From positions 62,001 to 126,000 of the forward strand of contig VRMN01000020.1 in the NCBI GenBank assembly GCA_008690995.1: a DNA stretch of 64,000 bases, read 5' to 3'. Positions 33,401 to 42,116 of the stretch are shown here, one piece after another. The notes under the pieces were generated by a model. That model was not told the DNA's origin. It did no database searches and saw only the letters and a program-made list of their open reading frames with translations. A program made the position numbers and the translations under genes. Every line of letters starts with the position of its first letter. Position 1 is the stretch's first letter. The stretch is from Porphyridium purpureum (Eukaryota).

Positions 33401-36400
33401 GACAAATACCTGATGGTGGTGTGCAAAATTGGGTCGGCGCGGCTCTTCGAGTTTGATTCACCGACCAAAGCGAGACTTGTGCTTCGAGAGCTGCAGGAGA
33501 GTCTGAGTAGGACGATCGGGAACGGCATCGAGGTGAACGCGGCGAGCGTGAACGAGCTTGCCGAGGGTTGTACGTCGAGGGCCGAACGCATGGAGGAGAT
33601 CGAGCAGTTTTTTGAGGAGGTCAAACTCGACTTCAAGAAAAAGTACAGTGCGTCTGCCACACATACGTCCTTCGCAGCAGCTGCCACTGCACTTTCCAAA
33701 TGGGACATGACAGGCGACACCCTTTTGGGAGACGATATGAAACTGGTCCATGAGACCGTGCAAAAGGTCACTGCCTATAATTTATCAGGAGTCGCATGGA
33801 CCATCCACCAAAACGAGACTGATGAAGCGGGAGCAGAACTGGGCAACGGTATTGCGGCCAAGCAGTCAGCTACAAGGACGACGACGCAAGCAAGCGCATC
33901 GCATCGTAACACCAGCAAGCGTCCGCTGGGCAGAAGTCTCTCCAAACTTGCTCTTCGCAAGACAAAAGGTAGTCTTGCTGCAGGTTCAACGCAAACCTCT
34001 CACGGTTTGTGGCGGGGGGCAGGAGTGAGACCGGAGGACGTTGAGGATACGGTGCTCTTCACGAAGCACGAGGTTGCTGCGGTTTTGCACATTCACCCTT
34101 CTTCCTTTATTCTCTCACGCATGTTTTATGAAGGCATGGGTAAGCGTAGCTCCGTGATTACCGCGCGTCAGTTTCGTCGAGCCGTAGAAAATTTGCTGAA
34201 AGCCGGCGAGTCGCCGGGCCTTTTCCTCGCTGGTCTTGCGGTCGGTGAAGGGCAGAGTATTGACAAGAGACTGCTGCTAGATATTGTGTACGAGTTGAAA
34301 GGTGGCACTGGGATGGATGACGTTGATCTTGACCGTGGCGACGCGCAAGTGATGGCAAAGTACATGAATGCAACCAGCTCGGCGACGCTCTCTGTGGAAG
34401 AATTTGGGAACATGATCGTTGAAATGCAGGAGAAGACGATGAAGCAGCGCAATGTTGGATGGCAGCAGTATTTGAGGCAGATCAAACAAGACGCAGAAGA
34501 AAGTGCTAACGAGCGGACGGCTCCGACGGGAAGGAAGTTTGAGAAATTGCGCTCATGGCAGCACTCGTTTGTCGACTACTGTAAGGCACACCGTTTCGAG
34601 ATTTTCTGGGGCGTCGCATACGGCCTCACAATTGCGCTGATCTTTTTGTACACGTGGTGGTACTACTACTCTCTTCGTGAGGTATACGGCTTGCGCGGTA
34701 TTTTGACGGTGGGGCTGTGCGTGACGCGCGCTTCTGCCAGTGTCGACATGTTCGTGTACTCGATCACTTTGCTTCCGATGTGCCGTAATCTGATCACCTT
34801 CTTGAGGAGCACAAAACTGCACCGATACGTGCCGTTTGATCGTGCGTATGAGTTTCACGTCGTCACGGCAGTCACGGGTGAATTCTTCACGGCGTTGCAT
34901 GTTGTCGGCCACTGCGTAAATTTCTATAACATCACGACGCAGCGCAGTGGCGACCTCACGGGCTACTTTCGCGCGGTGAACTGGAACTCGGACTTTGTGC
35001 CTTCCTTTGCGTTCTGGGTGTTTGAAACAATCACTGGCATGACGGGCTTTTTGTTGACATTCGTCATCATCACTTTGATGGTGTTTGCCATTCGGCAGGT
35101 GCGCGCCGCCAGCTTCCAACTGTTTTGGGTGATGCACCACGTGTGCTTCATGCTGCTGTACACGATGATTGTTCTGCATGGCTCCTTTGTGCTCGTGCAG
35201 CGGCCAATCTTCCACTACTTTTTACTTGGCCCACTGCTCTTGTTCATTCTCGACAAGCTGTATTCATTCGCGCGTGAGTCTGAGCGACTGCAAATTATTG
35301 AGATGCGCTTGCTTCCGAAGGGCGTCACTGCATTGTATGTTCGCGTATCGCCCAGCTTTTCTTACAGCTCGGGCCAATGGGCGCGCTTGAAGATTCCGGC
35401 ACTGGGCACGTCGGAGCTCCATCCTATCACGATTTCGTCAGCGCCACATGATCCGTACGTGTCGTTCCACATCCTGGCGTGTGGGCCTTGGACGCAAGCG
35501 CTGCGCGACCTGGCGTTCGAAATGCAGGGCAAACCAGTGTCGTCATTACCCACGATCCGCATCGATGGCCCGTACGGCGAGGGCCACCAAGACTGGATGC
35601 TTTATGAAACGGTGCTGCTGGTGGGATCAGGGATCGGTTGTACACCTTTTGTGTCGGTTCTGAAGGATATCTTGCATCAAGTGCGCAGCAAGACGTTCCG
35701 CACGACAAAAGTGGTCGCGGTCTTTATTTCCAGAGGCATTCGAGATCTGGCATGGATCACCAATGAACTGAGTCAGCTCGAACCGTATGCGCCGCCCGGT
35801 TTCCTCGAACTCCTGTTTTTCGACACGGAACAAAAGGTGGACAAGAAAACAAGCACGCTCGATGCGCGCCATTTGGCTTTTGACCAGGCAATTCTGCGCC
35901 ATGTGGAGTACGTTTCGCAGATCTTGGCGGGCCGTTCGTCTCTCATTCGCGTCAGGGGATTCGTGTTGCAAGGCCGCCCGAATTTTGACACGCTTTTGAA
36001 AGATGTGCAAGCCGATTGTATGGCGCACGGCGCTTTGAGCGCTGAAACTTATTCCGAACTCCAGGTCGGCGTGTTTGCTTGTGCGTCGGCCCCGGTCACG
36101 CTCAGTCTTAAGAAAGCGTGCATCAAACGTGACCGCGACACTATGAGAGAGATTGCATCCAGACAAGCGGAACTGGGGAAGAAAGAATTTGAGTCTCGCG
36201 AAGTCTCTTCAGCGGATCAAGACGCATCGCAAGATGGACGTGGCTTGAACGGAGAGGCGGCGCAGGGGGGGAACCGCACGCCGGAAAGAGACACATCTAG
36301 CTCAAGTAGGCTGACGGCCACCTTGCGCGAAGAAAACGTGCTGTCAGAGTCGCTGCGCGAGTCGAAAATGCCATCGGTTGACATGAATAAGATCAAGAAC

Positions 36401-36640
36401 TTTGCTACGTCGTTCAAGCCGAGCGCAAGGCAACGCGCGCGAGTCGAGCGGCCGGTGTTTTTCACATTTTATGGACAAGTGTTCAGCTCGGACACGTCGT
36501 TTGACTTTTGGTCGAAATGGAAGACAAAGTTGGGCAAGCGGAAGCAGCAGCAAGCAGTGCAAGAGGCATTCGAGGCGTTGCCCAAGGTCGCCGCGCATGC
36601 GATGGGTGGTGATGATGCCGTCGGCGCGTCGCAGGTGTAA
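30449..36640 (+). CDS. DUOX: Dual oxidase (peroxidase-like ectodomain + TM + degenerate EF-hand region + gp91phox-like NADPH oxidase), 2063 aa
   Basis: Peroxidase domain: WDGAFNNIAHP, YADGAY, PNPR, FFGQ, WIDGTLFYG, RLGNPRTNENP, AAMRFGHTL, RRDLMAINIQRAREHG, DQFLRIRDGDRFWFEN. Ferric-reductase His pairs: EFH...LHVVGH and FWVMHH...LHGS. FAD site HPITISSAPH. NADPH sites IDGPYGEG, GSGIGCTPF and GRPNF. Confidence 0.95.
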   Translation: MEAFYRISLPRAPSTRNGQLVDIDPEGVYRDELFEEAQRMNDAEQGVLRSVLAQQRIKKRFSAGAIFGLSLMLLVSMLLPMLLVHSSMSRVRARVSSLPVFTKANTSRRFTGVLRQEAAVDIEWTPWDGAFNNIAHPEYGVVEGRITRPCLPRYADGAYAPSNPEGPNPRTVSELVMGGDTGYGSLTNKTAFLVFFGQQVVEEILDGQAFQPAEPYVNIPVPQCDPLYDPDCKGDLFIPLPRNRYDLSTGNAPGVPRAQLNEISAWIDGTLFYGPFKAWADTLRAYDEERPGRFACLVDEESGVENCNLPALNTIGLPIVNPPPPTLRDVRPAERFFRLGNPRTNENPMLLAFAVMWFRYHNVVADRIHAKHPDYDDEEVFLFARQWLIAIYQKIVFYDWLPSFLGIPREEFDEKYAYKGYRTVDPAISQEFQVAAMRFGHTLVTPGAYRREPYSCTPSSFEALRTCNSYFRGEEVLLEDDGPTKMLLGLASQLAEREDATITPDLRGFVFGVSLDATRRDLMAINIQRAREHGVGTYNQVRKCFRLPEVSSFDEISSLTDNPAFNNCTDAQGNTGVNCMQIAIEGLKLAYDNDISKCDLWPCGLLEVNVTGPGPLFQAILIDQFLRIRDGDRFWFENDNGPIANILSAEQIDEIWNTTIRDVMVDALELSDDVILQSNPFKYDPSVCAQPVQLSEFNLENCSAPSTYNWYRGHIPQREPSVTTTTSQRSVCEADSLAKILFGSKDGHEHDDRLQQELSTEEQAAAAGCPVYKARTKLARIMIMQQVMMERVKKGISQRYVSYLGSNDCGITNGDSLVQLAWTIAGIVMWLTANVIVMYFLVRWIKQRKGLRQFGRKAPKNGPFIPPDFKPTRSGTGVHMYKHNSKTTGYGCLIYHSFRHESSDVKGATVKLCEPEQAHFFLVGVGDSVQDGDARGIAREGDGHESRIDRSRATDSARPMEVREVLSGDITMISPSNVSEVRIFDKYLMVVCKIGSARLFEFDSPTKARLVLRELQESLSRTIGNGIEVNAASVNELAEGCTSRAERMEEIEQFFEEVKLDFKKKYSASATHTSFAAAATALSKWDMTGDTLLGDDMKLVHETVQKVTAYNLSGVAWTIHQNETDEAGAELGNGIAAKQSATRTTTQASASHRNTSKRPLGRSLSKLALRKTKGSLAAGSTQTSHGLWRGAGVRPEDVEDTVLFTKHEVAAVLHIHPSSFILSRMFYEGMGKRSSVITARQFRRAVENLLKAGESPGLFLAGLAVGEGQSIDKRLLLDIVYELKGGTGMDDVDLDRGDAQVMAKYMNATSSATLSVEEFGNMIVEMQEKTMKQRNVGWQQYLRQIKQDAEESANERTAPTGRKFEKLRSWQHSFVDYCKAHRFEIFWGVAYGLTIALIFLYTWWYYYSLREVYGLRGILTVGLCVTRASASVDMFVYSITLLPMCRNLITFLRSTKLHRYVPFDRAYEFHVVTAVTGEFFTALHVVGHCVNFYNITTQRSGDLTGYFRAVNWNSDFVPSFAFWVFETITGMTGFLLTFVIITLMVFAIRQVRAASFQLFWVMHHVCFMLLYTMIVLHGSFVLVQRPIFHYFLLGPLLLFILDKLYSFARESERLQIIEMRLLPKGVTALYVRVSPSFSYSSGQWARLKIPALGTSELHPITISSAPHDPYVSFHILACGPWTQALRDLAFEMQGKPVSSLPTIRIDGPYGEGHQDWMLYETVLLVGSGIGCTPFVSVLKDILHQVRSKTFRTTKVVAVFISRGIRDLAWITNELSQLEPYAPPGFLELLFFDTEQKVDKKTSTLDARHLAFDQAILRHVEYVSQILAGRSSLIRVRGFVLQGRPNFDTLLKDVQADCMAHGALSAETYSELQVGVFACASAPVTLSLKKACIKRDRDTMREIASRQAELGKKEFESREVSSADQDASQDGRGLNGEAAQGGNRTPERDTSSSSRLTATLREENVLSESLRESKMPSVDMNKIKNFATSFKPSARQRARVERPVFFTFYGQVFSSDTSFDFWSKWKTKLGKRKQQQAVQEAFEALPKVAAHAMGGDDAVGASQV

Positions 36641-37289
36641 ATCGTCCACGCGGCCGTTTGCAACGCAGAGGGAGGGTGGGAGGGAGATGGAAGTATTTTG
36701 CCTTGATATATTTGTATGGATGTGTGCGCCTTGAAAACTACTGCGGCGCAGTCGTCCCATGCAGCGCGTTCCTGCCCGATGTGTTGTCCGCCGGGGTATA
36801 CTACAACGGAAACTCGCATCTATCTAGCGATGTGAAACTGCGCGGGGGTGCCTGCCAGCCACGGTGGGTTATACATCAGTGGAGCGAGCTAGACAGCTCT
36901 TTGTTGTCAAGTAGGATTGCTGAGGTAAACACTTGTTTGATAAGATTTGGTGGTGTGCAGTTTCTATTGATGTTTTTGAGCCGGGAGCGCAAGAGCTAAA
37001 GGTCGTCCCCTTCATCGCCGAATTGTTCAGCATGGTGATAAATTTATTCCACGGATCAACCGGCGATTCGGGTCAGTACCACATTTGACTGAGAACCTGG
37101 AAACGTCTCAAAGAGAAAGAAACATGGCGTCGGCGAATACCTGGAGCCAAAAATCCGTTGCGCACTTCTTCGCCGCTTTGCATTCCAAACCGGGCGCTTT
37201 GTCTGTCGTCTGGTCGTTCCCTACACAGCCGAGCCCGAGTCTGTTCCGACTCGTTGCGCCCTGCCAATCTGCATGTGCATTCCTGACGG

Positions 37290-37844
37290 CTAGAACGCAA
37301 AAGTACCTTGGAGCAAGCGGTGGGGAATGATAAGCGCATTGGCATCGAGCCAGGTGTCCAGCAGTGAGAGACCGAAAAGCTTTCGCGAAAAGCGCTCGAT
37401 GATCAGAAGCGCGTGGCCGAGACCCGGAGCGACCCATCGAGTGTAGCATGATGCTTTGACGCCATCCACGACGATGTCACCGTGCATAGTGTGCGGATTA
37501 TATAAACCCTTTGCGCGAACGCTTCGCCGCACTGAAAGGACACTGCCATTTTCACCGATTCCCGTGATCATGATGTCGCCAGGTTGAATGGTCCCAGCAA
37601 CAACCAGGTTACCGTTCGCGTAGACAAGATGCCCACTTGTGACAGTCAACATGTCATGCTCAAGCTGGATTTGGACGAAATCATCATGGACACTTTCCGC
37701 ATCATGGTGGCCCCAGAATACCACTGGGCTAAATGCATCAGACGACACGCGCACTATATCACCTACTTTCAGTGTATCCATTCGCTTCAACGAGCCATCC
37801 TCCATCCCGACCAGTCCGCTAGCTGGGAAGCAAGTCCCAGAGAC

Positions 37845-37895
<51 letters not shown>

Positions 37896-38900
37896 TTGAA
37901 TTTGCATACCGGGCTGATAGCCATCGGTGCAATTTTCAAAGCTGGGCCTCTGCATCACACAGCCAAGCCAACTCGTCATGGCCGAGAGGCGCGTATACAC
38001 GGCAGCTGGGTATTCAGGGTCTGCACAGCCCGTTCCAAAGGAGACAATTCCGATTTGAAGACGGCCTACGGAGCTCTCTCCCGTGTCGTCGCCGAGAATG
38101 AGTGGACCACCGCTATCGCCCTGGCAAGTATCTGCAGGAGGCTCGGGCTCGTATCCAGCACAGAGCATGCTCGTTGCTTTGAACGAGGAGCCGTACAGGC
38201 TACGGCACAGACTATCCGGCTCTACGAATATATCTTCTTCCAGAAGAATGTTTGAACCGTCGCCGCCAAAAAAGAGGTCCCCGAAGCCAATGATGGTCGA
38301 CCTCTCGCCCTCGAGGTCCACGCCGTTTGACGATGTATCCAAACCAAAAATCCGCGCGTATGTAGAAATTGTCACGTCTTCGCTCAACTCAATCAGAGCG
38401 GCGTCCCATTCAAAGGAGAATTCATCCCACTTGGGGTGTCTGTACACGTTGACGGCACGCGCGTTAAGGCCTGTGGTGGATTTGACTGAGTCATACAATC
38501 CAACAACCGCGGACGGTACAAAAATGTCCTCCAGAAAGCAGTGCGCAGCAGTCAAGATCCAGCGCGAGCCGACGATCGTGCCGCCGCAGCTGTACTGTTC
38601 ATTGAGGTCGGCATACGAGATCAACACTTGCGCAAACCACGGATACTCCCCTTGATCCGCGGGCTTTCCATTCACAATACGCTGCAGGCCGTGCGCGACT
38701 TTCAACCGCCGCGTACTGGGCTCTGACGCGCGGTCGCTCCATCTCGGCTCCTTCACTGCCGGGGTACCGGCGCGCTTCCCTTCTACCCGCTGAAGCATCG
38801 TCGCGCCACCTCGAGACGCACAGTCAAGTCCAACAAGCATCAAAACCACTATGCTTAAAGCATACGCGCCGCCCATTCCACGTCTCGTACTTCGACCCAT
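37290..38900 (-). CDS. Secreted trypsin-like (S1) serine protease fused to a hedgehog-type Hint (Hog) autoprocessing domain
   Basis: Signal-like AYALSIVVLMLVGL; activation site R-IVNG; triad motifs LTAAHC, WDAAL and DTCQGDSGGP; acidic/Gly linker; Hint motifs CFPASG..V, L.VGD.V, LTVTSGHLVY and GLYNPHT.HG.IVVDGV.ASCY. Start at 38900 or 38876. Confidence 0.92.
37846..37896 (-). repeat. (GAT)n + (GGT)n microsatellite encoding the poly-Asp/poly-Gly linker
   Basis: tca and cca runs on the + strand between the protease and Hint domains. Confidence 0.9.
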
Positions 38901-41900
38901 CGTTCGCTGAGTACTAAGCATCTGCCCTGAGGAACAAGGCAAGCACGCATGACAAATCTTGTCACGCAGCACACTGACAGTCGCTTCTCTTCCTCCTGCT
39001 GGTCTGACTCGAACGCTTCGTTCCTTCTGCGTATCACACTGTTCCACCATCACCAGGCCCGGTATCCCCCGATACGTATACCCAACAACCGGCGCCAAAG
39101 CCACCACGCCGCTCACAAAAAACACCGGCGTGACGCTGCAAAAAATCACAATTCAGAGCACCCGCGCAACATCCCCTGCGAAAGAGAAATTCAAGCACCG
39201 ATGCGAGAGACATGAGCTCACTCAGGCCGAAAGCAAAAAGAATTCATTTATGCGTGACTCAAGTTGCGAGCCAACGGCGCCGACTCGCAGCCTTCAGTGG
39301 TACAGACCAGGGATTGACTACTCACGAACTCCATGCGCTAGAACATTGCGCGAGACGAGCTGTGCACCGTGTCTCGTAAAGTATGAAAAAATCGCGCCGC
39401 TGCTGCTTCACGTAAAGATGCATGTGGCCGAACAGATATGCACAAGACGATGAAGGCTGGACGCTGTTGAGCGTCCGAAGCTGTGGCCGCGCGTGGCGAG
39501 CAAATCAGATGATACCTGGTTGAGAGAGTATCGCTTTATGCGAAATGAATACTAACCGTCAGATGATTTAGCGCGATGTCGAAAAATTATCGGTCCCAGT
39601 CGAAAGTCGCAGAACTTTTTCTGACCCGATTGATTCCACTGCGATCGAAAAAGATCGTTAAGCGTGACTCATAGGCGGGCGCCGCTGTCCAGGAGTGTGC
39701 AAAGTTCAACGCAGCTTTCGTCAACCTTTCAGCCCACGTGCAGAGCCGGGAACCGCGTGCGTCAAAGCTTCTCATGTGCCCAGGCCCCATCAACGCCTGC
39801 ATTGCCGCGAATTCAGTACCGTTGGCGGCATGCTCGCTTCTGTTCGCCTGGAGAAGCAGTGCTCAGCCTCAGGGGCGCCCACATCAGTGCTAGCCACAGT
39901 TTATACTTCAAAGTCGCTTTCCGCCAGCCGAGGAAAAGGTACTCGTCGCAAATAAGCCCGGTCTCTCACCAGCACGTGCATGATGGAACAGAGGGTCTCG
40001 GGTAAGGGACATGTAGATCGCGAAGACAGACGCATTTGCAGCGTGCCATTTGACCATCTTGCTGTTCTAGCTCTTGTGGAAATCTCGCATGTGCCCGAGA
40101 AGATTGGGCTTTCACTGGTCACGCTCTGGGCGAGAGAGGCAGGTCTCGGGTTCACCGCACGCCCGCGCGCGCATCTCCCTGCGCTCTTGCCGCGGAAAGA
40201 AAGGGCGCGATTCAGTGTACTATGCGCGTCCTGGTGGCGGTATTGTTCGGTCTGAGCTCGCTTCGGGACGAGGTTCTTCTGGGGTTGAACGCGACGCCAT
40301 GGCGTCTTGCTGGTCCGACCGGCACGAAACGGCCCAAGGTATTGCTCCGAGCCAACTGGAAATAGTTCTCACCCAGGATCGGGTGTGCAGGAGCAAGTGG
40401 GTTTGGATCCCGAGCAGGCGCCTGCGCTTCCGATGTCCGTTCCGCCCGGTGTCGAGGAGCAGCTGGCGCGCAGGGGGGCTTGGGTAGGAGGCGCTTGCAC
40501 ATGTGCGCGGACCGCACGGCACGCGAAGAATGGAACCCACGATCAGAAGGCTGTACGATTCAAATGCGCTTATGGGCTAAGTGTATGCCCGCGCGCATAC
40601 GTGTCCTTGTGGTAGTCTGGGAAAGGAGGAAACCTATGTGTGGCAGATTCCCAAGCTTGTGGAACCGTAGGTACTTGCATCAGCGGCTGAACTGCTCACT
40701 ACGCAGAGTATCGGTGAGAAAGTTTCTCGCGAGTGCGACAGCAAACCGTATCAGCTGGCTTTCACGGCTGAAGCGCGCTCCTCACCTGCGTTCATGTTAT
40801 ATTATGTCCCGGTCGGGCATAATCCGGACATGTTTGAAACTTTTCTTCTTGAGACGTGCGATTGTGGCAATATGTTCGTGGTCGATAAAGGCGCCGTGAC
40901 ACACCTGGCGTGAAAAACGCCGTTTTCGTCGCGCGACTCCATCGCAACTCATCCGGAGCGGTGGGCGCGGGATGCGGGCAAAATGCCTTATCTGTTCAGA
41001 AACGAGGCAGAGCTCAAAGGGATGGATGCTGGGCGTTGGAAGATTGAGAAGGCGCCGCGTTATTTGTTGCTCACCGAACGTAAGCTGTCCTAGCATCCAC
41101 TAGCTCGGAAAATCGTGACGGCGGGTTCCAACGCAAACTTGGCGTATGTCATCCAGATTGTGCTCGGGTATGCTCTCACGCACCTGGAGGAATGTGAGTT
41201 GAGGTCTGATCAGACAGTAGCCATCGTGTACCATTCAGTTTCAACCCAAGTTTGAGTGGCATGAAAGCTCGCCGATGCAGGACGGCGCCGGAAGGGTCCC
41301 ACGCATGGTGATGTGGAAATGGGCTGCAAAGCGCGCGACCCCTTCAGAGGCGGTCATTCTTGATTTTTTTGGGCATTGCGTGGGATGCTGTGCCACTGGC
41401 GAAGCTCTTGCACACTGCTTTGTTCCGATGCAATGCATTGACCAAAGCCATGCAACGTTTCTCTTCATGGGTCGTGGGTGCGGAATACATGTATTGAGTG
41501 TAAAGGTGTGTCGATGATGCAGCTCGTCAACGCGATCATCGTCATCGATGCGCAGCGATCTCCATGTATCCATGGATTCATGTGAATCGGCGCACATGCG
41601 CAATCCAACCGTGGAGCACTTTGTGTGGTTGTTCACGTTTGCTCACTTGCTGTTATGTTTGCCACTGTCCGACGAACAATGCATCTACCGTGGACAGAGA
41701 AGGGATTTTACTTCCCTGAGTAGGATTGACTCCAAATCAAAAGCGTGGCCTTGCGATGCTGAAGTCTCGTGAAATCGTTCACCGTGCGCAACGCGCGTAG
41801 ATGGAATATGTTTTCTACTTGGAAGTATAAAACCGATTCATAGTTCAATCATCTTTCATCAAGCTTTGGAGAAATAATCGTTGTCCAGCTGAGCATGACT

Positions 41901-42116
41901 TTGGTGGCACCATTAAGCGCGAACATATGCGGCATTGGCACGCGAAATACTAGGAAATGGACCTTTCCACACCTCACGGTGAAATAACTTGAACACCAAC
42001 AGCCCTTTTTTCGACATCATAATGCGACAAGTAATCGAAGGATAACGCCAGCAGCTTTGCGTCTCTATAAACCACTCAAGGCAAAACCTTGCCTTCACAT
42101 TTTAAGCTGACCTCCT

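Noticed and set aside
37440..37832. Intein in the protease gene
   Set aside because: There is no terminal His-Asn followed by a C-extein and no homing endonuclease; the ASCY ending is hedgehog/Hog-type.
39200..42100. Short ORFs between trypsin-Hog and the alpha-kinase gene
   Set aside because: They are fragmentary, with no recognisable family.
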